From positions 35,588,001 through 35,652,000 of the forward strand of contig NC_083286.1 of NCBI RefSeq assembly GCF_963506605.1: a stretch of 64,000 bases of DNA, written 5' to 3'. Below the pieces are notes generated by a model, which worked only from the letters and a program-made list of their open reading frames with translations, was not told the origin of the DNA and did not search any database. This DNA comes from Zootoca vivipara (lineage: Eukaryota). A program made the translations under genes and the position numbers. Numbering within the stretch: the first letter of the stretch is position 1; each line of letters begins with the position of its first letter. Below are positions 37,058-49,983 of this stretch, one piece after another.

Positions 37058-38304
37058 AGAATTGAAGAATTCAGACCCTAGGAATTTGTTTTGCGTGTCA
37101 GAACTGAATGGAGCTCACAGGCCTTTCATAAAACAATCCATTCCTGATTACCTCAATCTTTCTTCATATTAGCAGTATAAATTAGGGCTGAGAGGGGCTG
37201 AAAATAGTTTTGTTGCTACTATTGTTAAAACAGTTGAAAGTATAATAACAGTAATAATAATCTTGCTGATTTAGTACAAATCACCCAGAGCTATGTCAGG
37301 AGATCCAGATCTACATTCAGCCTCATTATTGGTTTATTTGATACATAACTGTAGAAAATGTGATGTCCAATTATTGATGTTTCTGTAGGTGTGGTTGGAA
37401 AATGGATTCCTTTTATTTCACATTTACCACAGATTAGCTCTCTTAAAATAGATGAAAGCCATGATTAAGGCCATTGGGCACCTCCCATTCATTTAAGCAG
37501 GAACTGGAACTGGAAAAGCAAATATTTCTAAAACCACAGTCCTATACAGTATTATACTCAGAAGTAATCCCCATTTAACTTAATGGTGCCACCTTCTGAT
37601 TAGGTATACATGGGATTGCACAGTCAATGTGTTATGGAGCCAGAACTTGGAGAAATATGCTGCTGTTTGGGGAAGGTAGACTCAGTAGGATAAAGTGGGG
37701 AGCCTGTGGCTCTCCAAATGTTGTTGGAATACAACTTCACCCATTCCCAGCCATTGTGGTGAACTAGCCTGACTTCGTATAAGGCAGCTCTTATGCCCTT
37801 CCAGTGATGAATGATTGCTGCCAGCTGATCTTCTTTAGGGAAGTTTGTTTGGCCTCAGCCTGAGAACTAAATATCTTCTGTAAGCCACCTCTGGAGGACT
37901 TTAGCACTGAAAGGTAGTGTATAAATAGTTCAAACAAACAATAAACCTGCTACAGAACTTTTGCAGGAATCAGGGGAAGAAAAAAATCTATTTAAATAGA
38001 TTATATTGCATAGGTTCTAGAGCTACTATAGTCTGTTCCTCACCTGTCCTTCATTTCAGGGAAGAATGCAGGCCCTAATGAATGTTTTGCCTTGAAAAGT
38101 CTCCCCAGGAGGGTGAAGTTTGGTAGGAGACAGGTGGGAAGAAGGGGAACCCTTCTCCTGCCATTTGTTTACCTCCTGAATCATCACACCTATGTGTTAC
38201 TTTTATCCCCTGTGGCACTCCATCTTGATGAGTAAGCATGGAGTATTGCCAGAGACAAAAACCAGTTGGGGTATGGCAGGAAGTTTCAGGTGAGGTATTG
38301 AGTT

Positions 38305-38546
38305 CTCCTGCCAACCTAGCAGTTCCAAAGCACGTTAAAGTGCAAGTAGATAAATAGGGACTGCTACAGCAGGAAGGTAAACGGCGTTTCCGTGTGCTGC
38401 TCTGGTTCGCCAGAAGCTGCTTAGTCATGCCGGCCACATGACCTGGAAGCTGTACGCCGGCTCCCTCAGCCAATAATGCGAGATGAGTGCGCAACCCCAG
38501 AGTCGGTCACGACTGGACCTAATGGTCAGGGGCCCCTTTACCTTTA
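38305..38546 (+). mobile_element. 5'-truncated Sauria SINE
   Basis: Core AACCTAGCAGTTC...GTAGATAAATAGG and CCTTTACCTTT tail. Confidence 0.8.
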
Positions 38547-39538
38547 TCCCTCCTGATGTTTCCTGAGGCCACTTTGCAATTGAAAAGGAGCCCTTTGGTT
38601 TCCTTATAGGAGGCTGAAGTATAAAGTATAGCTTGCTCCTAGGACAGCCCATCTAAGTGAATATACTTAGATGAGTTAATAAGCCAGGAATGCAGTTTTA
38701 TTGCCAAGGGTAATCATTTACCCTTTAGTGTAAACAACAGGCTTTAATTGTGCAAAAAGGAAAAAAAGAACGGATCAGGCGGGAAAGTAGTCAAACATGA
38801 GCAGTTTAAGAAAGCTGTTTTATGTTTTCAGCATAATAGAGTAGCTTAAGGAATAAAATATAGAAAGTGGGAAAGCATATTATTGTGTAACTTTTAGATT
38901 ATGACCCTTGATATTCAAACAAAGCAAGGAATGTTGTGTTAATTCATTGTAAACAGACAAGATGAATAATGCAGACAGCTTTTGCCTATTAAGGCTTTGA
39001 ATAGATAGGATGTTGATATTAGTCATTCTGTTGATATTAGTCATTCTGAACCTTGATTAAGGAGATAAGTTGCAATTAAATACAGATGTGAACTTCAGAG
39101 GAAATTATGTCCCTGAATTTATGGCCTGCCTTTTCTGCTAAGTATCTAAACAGCAATTAAAGAGTCAGATCTTGTATCTGTGTTTGGTTACTGGTATTTG
39201 AGTTAACAGGAGGTCACCAGCTTCAGCCTGTCTAAATTAGATATATGTTAAATCCATGATGAGAGACTCCCATGTAGTTGAGCAATCCTAACAAGGGGAA
39301 GAGTGATTGAAGTGGGGACAATCTGCTACTTCCAAAGTCAGGGGAGATAACAGTTTCCCCTTCTTTTTCCCAGCATTTGTTGCAAAAAAAAAGTATTGTC
39401 GTATGACGTGCTCCTGTTCAGGTTTCCCGCAATGCCCTCATTCCAGGATATTCCATTCCCCCAGTTTCATATTCCATTCAAGAGTCAGTATTCTATGCCC
39501 ACTGAACACACTCAGAATGCATATACAGTAGACATTTA

Positions 39539-39727
39539 CAGTGGTACCTCGGTTTCCGACCGCCTCAGGGAGCGACCGCTTCAGTTTCCGACCATCGTGG
39601 ACCCGGAAGTGTTTACATCCGGGTTCCGCGGCGCTAGGATGCGCAGAAGCATGCCTTGGGGAGCGACTAACTCGGGGAGTGACCGGCTCCCCGGAACCAA
39701 TTGTGGTTACAAACCGAGGTACCACTG
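39539..39727. mobile_element. Tigger/pogo-type MITE
   Basis: TA TSD, TIR CAGTGGTACCTCGGTT. Confidence 0.85.
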
Positions 39728-39984
39728 TAAAGCACTTTCCAGTTCAAGAACCCTGGAAACTGTAGTTTACTACTTACAGAACTACAATTTGCAGTGCCCT
39801 TAACAAGCTACAGATCTCCACATTAGAGAGGCTGTGCTTTAATGTATGGTGTGTTTGCGACCTCAATCTTTATTGATTTTAGGAACAGACCCTGAACAAG
39901 ACATTTCCCCCTGAAGAGTTATGTGTGCATGCCTCCACAATCCTTGCTGTTTCCTCAAGCCTGCTGATAAATCCATTTCATACA

Positions 39985-40110
39985 TGTTGTTGTTTAGTCG
40001 TTTAGTCGTGTCCGACTCTTTGTGACCCCATGGACCATAGCACGCCAGGCACTCCTGTCTTGCACTGCCTCCTGCAGTTTGGTCAAACTCATGTTCGTAG
40101 CTTCGAGAAC
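39985..40110 (-). mobile_element. BovB/RTE 3' end
   Basis: Matches other copies; CATACATG flanks. Confidence 0.85.
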
Positions 40111-40140
40111 ATACATACATACATGGTGCAATTTTGGCCA

Positions 40141-41196
40141 CATAGAATCATAGAGTTGGAAGAGACCAGAAGGGCCATCCAGTCCAACCCCCTGCCAAGC
40201 AGGAAACACCATCAAAGCATTCTTGACATATGCCTGTGAAGCCTCTGCTTAAAGACCTCCAAAGAAGGAGACTCCACCACACTCCTTGGTAGCAAATTCC
40301 ACTGCTGAACAGTTCTTACTGTCAGGAAGTTCTTCCTAATGTTTAGGTGGAATCTCCTTTCTTGTAGTTTGAATCCATTGCTCCATGTCCGCTTCTCTGG
40401 AGTAGCAGAAAACTACCTTTCTCCGTCCTCTATGTGACATCCTTTTATATATTAGAACATGGCTATCACATCACCCCTTAACCTTCTCTTCTCCAGGCTA
40501 AACATACCCAGCTCCCTAAGCCGTTCCGCTCTTAAAATGGGGCATGTGCCAGCAGTGAGGGCTCTGCGTGTCATGTCTGACACGCGTGTCGTAGGTTCGC
40601 CATCACTGCCCTAAGTCGTTCCTCATAAGACATCGTTTCCAGGCCTTTGACCATTTTGGTTGCCCTCTTCTGGACACGTTCCAGCTTGTCAGTATCCTTC
40701 TTGAACTGTGGTGCCCAGAACTGGACACAATACTCCAGGTGAGGTCTGACCAGAGCAGAATACAGTGGTACTATTACTTCCCTTGATCTAGATGCTATAC
40801 TCCTATTGATGCAGCCCAGAATTGCATTGGCTTTTTTAGCTGCTGCATCACACTGCTGACTCTTGTCAAGTTTGTGGTCTACCAAGACTCCTAGATCTTT
40901 TTCACATGTACTGCTCTCAAGCAGGTGTCTCCCATCCTGTATTTGTGCCTTTCTCTTTTTTTGCCCAAGTGTAGTACTTTACATTTCTCCTTGTTAAAAT
41001 TCATCTTGTTTGCTTTGGCCCAGTTGTCTAATCTGCTAAGGTCATTTTGAAGTGTGATCCTGTCCTCTGGGGTATTAGCCACCCCTCCCAATTTGGTGTC
41101 ATCTGCAAACTTGATCAGGATGCCCTCAAGCCCACCATCCAAGTCATTGATAAAGATGTTGAATAAGACTGGGCCCAAGACAGAACCCTGTGGCAC
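40141..41196 (-). mobile_element. CR1 LINE 3' fragment (RT domain to tail)
   Basis: [43 protein letters not shown]; CATAGAATCATAG tail. Confidence 0.92.
40528..40608 (-). mobile_element. One-ended hAT fragment inside the CR1
   Basis: Reverse complement begins CAGTGATGGCGAACCTACGACACGCGTGTCAG; flanked by 14-bp near-duplication CCCTAAG(C/T)CGTTCC. Confidence 0.7.
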
Positions 41197-43019
41197 ATAA
41201 GGATCCACACCTGGAGAATGAGTTCTGGATTTCAGCTAGACAGTAATGTCTTCTTTCAGCATACTCCATTCCATTCCCCACCAATCCTGCCCCCCCATTT
41301 CCCACCTTTTGACTAGCCAGTCAGCATTCAATGACCCTAAGCATCCTCAGTCATCAGTTAATTGCAAGGGCTCTTCCTCGGTTAGGCTTTGGGCTTCTTG
41401 AGTACTTCTGCAAACTTTGGAGTCACTCTGAGCCTCCTGGTAGTTCTCTCTTGCACATGGATTATGTTACTTTGGTTACATAAGTCTCTAATCAGAGAAT
41501 GAGGCCACTATTTACATAGGAGAAATTATACATTAGAGTTCTGCTCCATAAAACAAAGAAGAAAAGCAAACATGGGTGTGGTTGTGATGAATGCAGACTT
41601 GTTGTGTAGCTGAATTAGATCTACTGGATCTTCGTATCTCCTTAACTCCACATTTTTCATGGCAAAAATATGATACCCCCGATTCCATTTGGGGATCAGT
41701 TAACTCTGGGTCAGAATTGTTTTATGTGCTAATACCCAAAACATGCAATAAGAGTACCCAGTTTGTTGTTTCGTTTCTCTCCTTTGGAATCAGCTTCTTT
41801 CTGAATGCCGGTGTTTTGCTTCGGGCTAAATTAATCATCACATTGCTACTGTGAGTCTACTCTTTTGAAATGTTTATTTGGGCCACTGTCGAAATGTTAC
41901 AAAACTTTCATTCTTATAAAACACTGGTAACATTTGACAACACTTGCACTGAGTCTAGGATAAGATCCTGAAATGGGTGGCTCTCATTATGCAGCTGGCA
42001 GAGCTGTGGCTATTGGGGGGGGGGCTAGCTGGGTTTTTTTGCCCTGGTGAAGCCTCCAGGGGGGTGCCATTGAGGCTGCTAGCCCCCCCCCTCTCTCTCT
42101 CTGTGTGTGTGTGTGTATGCAAAAGAGTGCGGAGGTGTATGCAAAACTGGGTCTTTGACCCAGGTGAAATAAAGCCTAGTTTTGCCTCACAAGTTCCCTT
42201 CCTTTCTTCAACCATTACTAGGACATTTTAAGTATGGGGGGGGGAGAAAGGTGGGCGGATAGATGGGCAGGACATGCAGCAACAAAGCTTTGCTGATGAA
42301 GAATAGGGGCTTTCCCAGCTTGAAAGAGTAGAGGGGATTTGAGCTTGCAGCTTCCTATTCTCACTGCTTCTTCAAAATACTTGCCCGGTTCTGAGCTGCA
42401 CCTCCAGCAAATCTAGCTACTGGCCAAGAGAAGAAAAGGCTCAAGGGAAGGGATGATTCAGTTACTATGAGTCTGCTTGCCATATTTAAAAACAGGGATG
42501 GGGAACCTAGTCTTGCAGATGCTGGGTGGGTGTAGGCTTCGAAAAGGAAGACTAGAGCTGTACCCTTGAAATCATGATACCCCAAGACGGCTCTTCATTC
42601 ACTAACTGGCTAAGGATGCAACCCTAACCCCACTTACCTGGGAATATGCCCCCCTAACCTCAGTGGGACTTCCTTCTGAGTCAGGGGTGCCAACTTCAAT
42701 AAAACATAGGAGGCAGGTAAGCCCCATAATCGCATAATCGATCACAAGACACGGCACATGCACACCATTTGAATGGCAAGGCCCATCAACTTTGGGAAAC
42801 CCAAAGGGACCTCAGCCCCTAGGAGTTGGCTCCTATCTGCAGACATGGATTGTGACGGACTAGCTTCCTGAATCCATTACTTTTACTGAAGTATCCTTTA
42901 CTGAATTCCGTAGGACTTGTTGGCAGCTAAATGAGATTAGAAGCTTAGCTGCCTACATCGAAAGCCCATTAACAACAACCCAAGCACCCTGGGAACTGTA
43001 GTTTGTTAAGGGTGCTGGG

Positions 43020-43620
43020 CCTTCTCCGGGTGAGGGTCAACTACAATTCCCAAGATTCCTGCGGGGGGCGGGGACGTGCTTTAAATGTGTGGCGCCTAAA
43101 GCCTTTTGGCGCCTGCGATTCCTGGGAACGTGTCCGGCTCTGCTCGAAGGCGCTCCGAGAGCTCGATGGCGGCGCGCGAAGGGCCTCCGCCTCCGCGCCT
43201 CGTTCCATAGCCCTGAGCTCACCTCGCCCTTCTCCCGAGGGAAGCCAAGAGCGGGGGGAGGGGGAGGGGGAGGGGAGGGCAGGACTGGGGTGATGACGTC
43301 ACGGAGGTGCTCCTTAGGCGCCGCCCCCTGCCGAGTTCTCTATCTCTCCCTTTTAGGTATCAGTGAAACTGCCCAGTCGCAGTTTACGCTCGAGGAGGAA
43401 GTTGGTGGCGGTGCCTTCGCAGCGAGGCGCGTGCCGCGGAAATGGGGCGCCTCAGCCGGGCTTGGCTGGGGTTCGTGGTGCTGGCTGGAGCTCTGATGCT
43501 CACCTCTGCTACAGGTAAGGCACGGAGAGCCCTGTGCTCGCCGAGGGGAAGAAGGTAGCGCCGCGGGGTCCTATTCTCTGCCTGCCCTCGAACCTTTCTC
43601 CTCCTGGAGATTTCGTTGGC
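43020..43620 (+). promoter_or_regulatory. CpG-island promoter of F2RL1 with GC box (43065-43073), G-tract (43253-43279) and perfect CRE TGACGTCA (43294-43301)
   Basis: CpG-rich segment spanning exon 1; motifs seen directly. Confidence 0.8.
43442..43514 (+). CDS. F2RL1: PAR2 exon 1 (signal peptide MGRLSRAWLGFVVLAGALMLTSAT)
   Basis: GAAATGG start context, hydrophobic peptide, phase-1 donor GTAAGG at 43515, inside the CpG island. Confidence 0.88.
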
Positions 43621-44502
43621 CTCTGGCTCAGGTAAAGCGAAGGTAGATTTGGTTTGCCTCTTCTTAGTCCTAGCAGCAGGATCGGATCCTTGTTTACGCA
43701 AAGTGGAAGTAAGTGCAGTGGGACTCCCAAACAAATGTGCATAGAGACCTACACCTTTGGGGATGTTCACCCCCACCCCATTTCCATTATTATTTCTCCG
43801 TGTAAGGTAAACTAAACTAGGCTTAACTTAATGCACTGCTTTGAGTGCATGGCTGTAAATTTTATACGCTGTCCCAGGCTTCCCCACTCCTCTTTTTTAA
43901 CTTCTGGGTCGCCATAAGTCTTGTTTACCTGAAGTAAAGATCTTCAGCAGTGGCTTGCCGACTGCTCAACTTTATAGAGTCTACTCCACATGGATTTACT
44001 GTATTTGCCTTTAGAAAGTGCGAACACCACTGATTTACGCTTCCTCCTTGCACCTTTTGGCTTTCAATTCAAAGCTACCAAGTGACTAATTTCAATGCCT
44101 AAAACATTTCTTTTTTGGGTGCGGGGACGACTTAGAACATTGTGTTAACATCTGATTTACTTTGAAGTCTGTGTTCTTGTGAATGGGTACTAGGTGTTAT
44201 ACTTCACCTTGATCTCTTCAGTAAGTCACCAGTAAATCTTGTAAATAACAACAACAAAAAATTGTCTCTGAGACGGAAGGTTCTTATATATACCTGATAT
44301 CTTGACACTGCTTTCCTTTGAACCATGGTTTATATTTAAAATATTTATGTAAAATAGCTTGACACAGAGAGATTTTTTTACCACATTGAAAAACCTAGTC
44401 TGAAAGAAAACTTAAAGATCTAGCACTCATTGAATCTTTAATTAAGCTCTCAGCCATCAGTTCTAAGGATCTGCTCTCCTGAAAAGATCAAAGTACTGTA
44501 TA

Positions 44503-44674
44503 CAGTGGTACCTCGGTTTATGAACACAATTGGTTCCGGAAGTCTGTTCATAAACTGAAGTGAACTTTCCCATTGAAAGTAATGGAAAGTGAATTAATCC
44601 GTTCCAGATGGGTCCGCGGCGTACGTAAACCGAAAATTCATAAACCGAGGTGTTCATAAACTGAGGTTCCACTG
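44503..44674. mobile_element. Tigger/pogo-type MITE
   Basis: TA TSD, TIR CAGTGGTACCTC. Confidence 0.8.
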
Positions 44675-46512
44675 TAATCTTTCTGACTGTAGCAAAACAG
44701 TTCTATCATGCATTAAGACAGGATTTTTGGGAGCATTGGATAACACTTCAGGCTGTGAGATTCAATATAATTTTATTAGGCTTTGGTATTACGGTAGCTT
44801 GTAGTAAATGAATAAAATGCATAATCTAAAAATTTAGGAAAGTGTGGGTAAGTTGGGGCTCTTTTCATGCCTCCTGGATATGCCTTGCAGTGCAAACATT
44901 CTCAGGACTTCGTTTTACAAACATGTACAATTGTAAAATGGCCTTATACCAGTTCCTTGAAGGCTATTCTTTGATCACTATATGGACATCCTCTTTTGCT
45001 TACTACTTTTTGTAAGAATTGACTGGGCAGTCCAAGTTTCCAAAATACTACCGTAAGATTGGATAAACAAAGTATTTACTTTGTGTCTAAACTGCTTGAT
45101 GTCAAGGAGTATTTATTTATTTAAAAAGAGATAATATAAGTTTTCTGCTTTGCAAAGGCTTCTCTGCAGCTTTTAATTTTGTGATGGTGTTAATGGTTGT
45201 TTCCGCATCTGTTAAGCTTCTGTTTGAATCTAAATGTTTTTTATGGTTCCCGCAACTTCTACCTGGGGATCACTGCTAATTAAGAACAATCCAATACTTC
45301 TTTTCTATGGCATCTGTGCATTTAGACTCTGGTTTTGTTGCTATGTTATATCAACTTGAGTGATTTTCTAGAAAAATCACTCTCGTTTTTAAAAAAGGGT
45401 TCAATATCTACAAAAGATTTTGTAATACATTTGCAGGAGTATGGCACCCACCCCTAACATCTCTTTCAGCAGAAGCCAATGAAGTGGACTAAAAAGTCTG
45501 GCAAACTAGCTACACACACAATTACTCATTTATACCACGCCATTGATGCACATGAAGCTTTCTGGCGTAAAACCAAAAAGGCAGTTCCTGTCATTTAAAG
45601 AACCTGCATTCTGAAGTTGGAAAGGGGGGGGGGAAGCAGAAGTATGTAAGAGACAAGTATATATACTTTGTTGTGGTTGGAGATAAGCTGTACTTCCTGG
45701 AGTGATAATACAGAAGGTCCCAGGTTCAATCCCCAGCATTTCCACGTAGGGCTAGGAAACACTGGAGAGCTGCTGCCAGTCAGTGTAAGACAGTATTGAG
45801 CTAGATGGACTAGTGGTCTGACTCAGGAACGTACCAAGAGAGTGGGTGGTTTTTCCTAGCCTTGTTCCTTGGAAGTGTGTTTTGCCTTCTCATACTGATC
45901 TGTCTGTTTGACTGTGCAGAAAGGGTAGCTACCACTGTTCACACATAATGTCACTGTATCTAAACCATCCACTGCAGCTCCTGCAATGTGCCTTGGTGCC
46001 ATTTTCAAATTTGACACTGGAGATTGTGATTTGCATCTTCCTACTGCAGGAGGAATGGTGGAGCAACATTCCTAGTGCTAAGGAACTATATTTGACTGTG
46101 AGAAATCAATGAGTGTTGCAAGACCTAGCTGCAGACGCCAACCTTGCTCCTGAGGATTTCACAATATGTTGTAAAAAAAAAAAAAAAAGAACGAAGAGAA
46201 AGCATTTTGTAAAATTCCATATGGCTGGCCCTACTATTGGGTAGACAGAGTTGGCTGTCATAGTCTGCAGATGCTGTAAGGTGTGGAACGATGACAAGAT
46301 GTTGGGTGATGGAGCTCTGTGGGCCTCTCCTGCACCCCGTAGGCTAGCCCCCGCCTCCAGGGCACAAATGAGGTTGCTATCCTATAATGGTTATTTGATT
46401 AAGGTCCAACCGTCCAACTGGTTGGTTCCTGTACATAGACCAATGGATATGATCTTTTCCTTTAAGCCGGGCAGGAAAATATATTGGGCTGGCTCTGCAG
46501 AGTGAGTTTAAA

Positions 46513-46963
46513 AGTAGGAGAACACTTCAATCTCCCAGGACATTCTATACAAGATCTCAAAGCAGCTGTTTTATTACAGAAAAAATTCAGGAACAGACTG
46601 GAAAGAGAAGTTGCTGAGTTGGAACTCATTACCAAGCTTAAAACCATGGAGCCACCTGGGATGAATAAAGACATTGGATTCTTATCTCATTATGCATGAT
46701 CAAGCTTTCTTTAGTGCCTCAGCCCTTGCTTTCCCCCCCAGGACCAATTGCAGCCATCAGCAGTCGTTAACAGCCATCTACAGGTTTACCACTCCCATCA
46801 GCCCATCACCCATTCCCATCACCCCCACCCCCACCCTCTGTATATACATAAGGGTTTGGTGGATTCTGTTTCAGTGTATCTGATGAAGTGTGCATGCACA
46901 CGAAAGCTCATACCAAAATAAAAACTTAGTTGGTCTTTAAGGTGCTACTGAAGGAATTTTTTT
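46513..46963 (+). mobile_element. Penelope-like element 3' fragment (GIY-YIG endonuclease C-terminus and pLTR) in the F2RL1 intron
   Basis: VGEHFNLPGHS...REVAELELITKLKT..PPGMN; near-identical to 50650-51085. Confidence 0.85.
46876..46913 (+). ncRNA. Minimal type I hammerhead ribozyme motif
   Basis: GTAT-CTGATGA-A-GTGTGCATGCACAC-GAA-AGCT-C-ATAC: stem I, core, stem II hairpin, palindromic AGCT in place of stem III. Confidence 0.8.
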
Positions 46964-47617
46964 TAAAGTGAAATTAGAGTAGACTTCACATTGTGATCTT
47001 TCTGTGGTAGGACATGGGTAATATTTCCAGGGGCTAAGAGAACACTGGAGGTAGGAGTAGGAGTCATTTTTCTTGCCGTCTCTTCTTTCCCATACCTCCT
47101 GCTCATTATTTGTGTACACTAAAAACACTTACTAACAAAGTGAAAACATAAAAGTTTCAATACTGGTTTTTCAGGTACTTTTGAGTGTGTGCTGTACAAA
47201 GCCCAATCTGTTCCAGTTTTCTCCTGCTCATAGCGCTAATGAATGAGTGAGCCTTTTAGTCAGTGGCTCCAGTTAGCATCCAGTGTTAATATCTAACTAA
47301 ATAATGGCATGAGTTGCAGCTGGGTAACAACTTTGCTATTAGTCAGGGCCAAACCCTCTTGCAGCCAAGTGCGCTGACCATGTTAGGTAGTTGGGAGCAG
47401 GCGTTGAAGAGCACTTTGGCTTAATGCTCCACCTACTATTGCATTAGTTAGGCAGAACTACGTGCTATGAATGAAACATATTGTTCCCAGTCCTGTGCTT
47501 ACTTTATATCATTGATGTAGAAGAAAGGTACTGTTAAGTATCTGGGAGATAGATAGGTGATAAATAGATACGTAGATATAGATGAGATGAGATGAGAATG
47601 AATGAAGATAATGTATT

Positions 47618-48167
47618 CAGGGCCATCTTAAGTGTATCGGGCACCGTAGCGCAATGATCCCTCCAGCGCCCGTCATGCTCTGCCGGGCACGGCCAGGTGC
47701 AGCGCGCAGCCGGAGGGTGCGGCGTGACAGGCAGGGATGCTGCCAGCTGTGCTCGGCCTCTGCCTGCTCGGCCAAAGCGGCGGAGTGGTGCTGCAGTCCA
47801 GGGAGCCCTAGCTGCCGCCCCGACAGAAGGTTTGCCGACAGAGCATTGTGGGGTAGCGCCTGCCCACACTCCTTCAAATGCATGCAAATGAGGTGCCGTG
47901 GAGCATTGTGGGGCAGCACTGTCTATGCTCGCTGTGACTTGAAGGAGTGTGGGTGGAAGGTAGCCCTGTTCCTCTTCCCTGCCGCCCCTCGATGGAGGCA
48001 GCTCCGCTGCGGCTGCTGCCGCCTCGCTTCAGCCACCACTGCTGTGAAAGGAGCGAAGTGGGTGAGGCGGAGGCACGGGCGGCTCCGTGTGCCTCCTTGA
48101 TGTGCCCCCTGCTGGGCTGGCGCCCTGGTGCGCTGCGCCAGTCAGCCCATTGGGAAGGATGGCCCTG
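47618..48167. mobile_element. GC-rich non-autonomous hAT-like element
   Basis: TIR CAGGGCCATC/GATGGCCCTG, TSD AATGTATT/AATGTGTT. Confidence 0.78.
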
Positions 48168-48883
48168 AATGTGTTTCTCTCCCTTGAGCCCAAGAGAGGG
48201 TTCGGTCCTTTTTGTTTTCAAAACTTTCATAGCAGTGCATAGCATGTCTGTCCTCACCAACTCTTCCAGACAGTGTCTGCTTGAAGTCAGCACACTCAAC
48301 TTCCACATCCTTTCCCCAATACCATTTATTCTTTGTGAAATACAATTACAATGCAAATGCAATACAAATACTCGCTGGATTGCTTGACAAACTCTTAAGA
48401 CACAAAATAATAAGCCTAATTGGCCACAAAAATGGCTGAGAACCAATGAAGTATAGTGGTTAGAGTGCCAAGCTAGTACTGGAGAGACCTGGGTTCAAAT
48501 CCCAACTCAGCCATGAAGCTCAAGGTTGAGACCTATCCTCAGGAACAATCTTATTTGCATCACAGGATGTTTGTTAGAATAAAATGAAGAGGGGGAGGCA
48601 GTCCACCTCCTTGAAAGAACGGTGGGATAAAAACATGATAGATAATAAAGTAAAATGACCTCCATAGGCTTCAGCAGGAACAATGGGCAGGCATAGGAAG
48701 GATTAAGCATGATGGATAAATAAGGTAAGAACAGCCACTGAGGGTTTTACCAGGAACAATGGACAGGCCTTCGCACTCTCTTCTTTAAAGATTCTAAATT
48801 TGTGGGTCGTCTGGCTTCATGATTATCATGTTTGGTTTTTCACCAATGGGCAGCTAACACTCTTGCTTTTATCTCCTTTTTAG

Positions 48884-49983
48884 AGAGAAATCCAACCAAC
48901 CGGACAAAAGGAAGAAGCTTCATTGGTCATAAGGTCAATGCAAGCAACGCCTCTAAAGATGCATACACTGTGGATGCTTTTGCAGCCAAAATCCTCACTG
49001 GCAAATTGACTACAGTCTTCCTGCCCACGGTCTACATTCTAGTGTTCATCATTGGCTTGCCAAGCAATGCTATGGCTCTGTGGGTCTTCTTCTTGAGAAC
49101 GAAAAAGCGGCACCCAGCAGTGGTCTATATGGCTAACCTGGCAATGGCAGATCTCCTCTTCGTTATCTGGTTCCCTCTGAAGATTGCATACCATATTAAT
49201 GGCAATAACTGGATCTATGGCGAAGGCTTGTGCAAAGTACTCGTTGGGTTCTTCTATGGAAACATGTACTGCTCTATCCTTTTTATGACATGCCTCAGCG
49301 TACAAAGGTATTGGGTGATTGTGAACCCAATATTGCACTCAAGAAAGAAGTCGGAAATTTCTGTGGGGATTTCAGCTGCAATATGGATACTCATCATCCT
49401 TGCCACGATTCCATTGTATCTTGTTGACCAAACTGTTTATGTTTCTAACCTCAACATCACCACTTGTCATGATGTCCTGCCTCATGCAGTGTTGGCTAAA
49501 GACATGTACAACTACTTTCTTTCTCTAGCAATTGGAGTCTTCTTATTCCCCGCTGTTCTCACAACTGTTTCCTATGTCCTCATGATAAAGACTCTGAACG
49601 CTTCCATTACAGATGAGAACATTGGGAAGAAACGGAAAAGAGCCATCAAGTTCATCGTTACTGTGCTTTCCATGTACTTGATCTGTTTTTTGCCCAGTAA
49701 TGTTCTGCTCGTGTTACACTACGCCCAGATCACAACCCACAACACCAGTAATGTATACGCCTTGTACATTGTAGCGTTGTGCCTTTCTTCCCTAAACAGC
49801 TGCATCGATCCATTTGTCTATTACTTCATTTCAAAGGACTTTAGGGACAACCTTAAAAACGCACTCCTCTGTCGAAGCGTGCGCACTACAAAGAGAATGC
49901 AAGTCTCTCTCTCATCAAACAGATACCCAAGGAAGTCCCCCTCTTATTCCTCCGGTTCACAGACTACGAAGTCAACCTACTAA
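48884..49983 (+). CDS. F2RL1: Proteinase-activated receptor 2, exon 2 (spliced product about 390 aa)
   Basis: Branch point CTAAC, polypyrimidine tract, AG at 48882-48883; NRTKGR/SFIGHK; LTGKLTTVFLP, PAR2-type QRY, TTCHDVLP, ALLCRSVRT, terminal TTKSTY. Confidence 0.96.

Noticed and set aside
32900-43000. A fourth PAR1-like paralog or pseudogene between D and F2RL1
   Set aside because: No exon-1 or 7TM similarity seen by eye; a TBLASTN would be needed to exclude decayed remnants.
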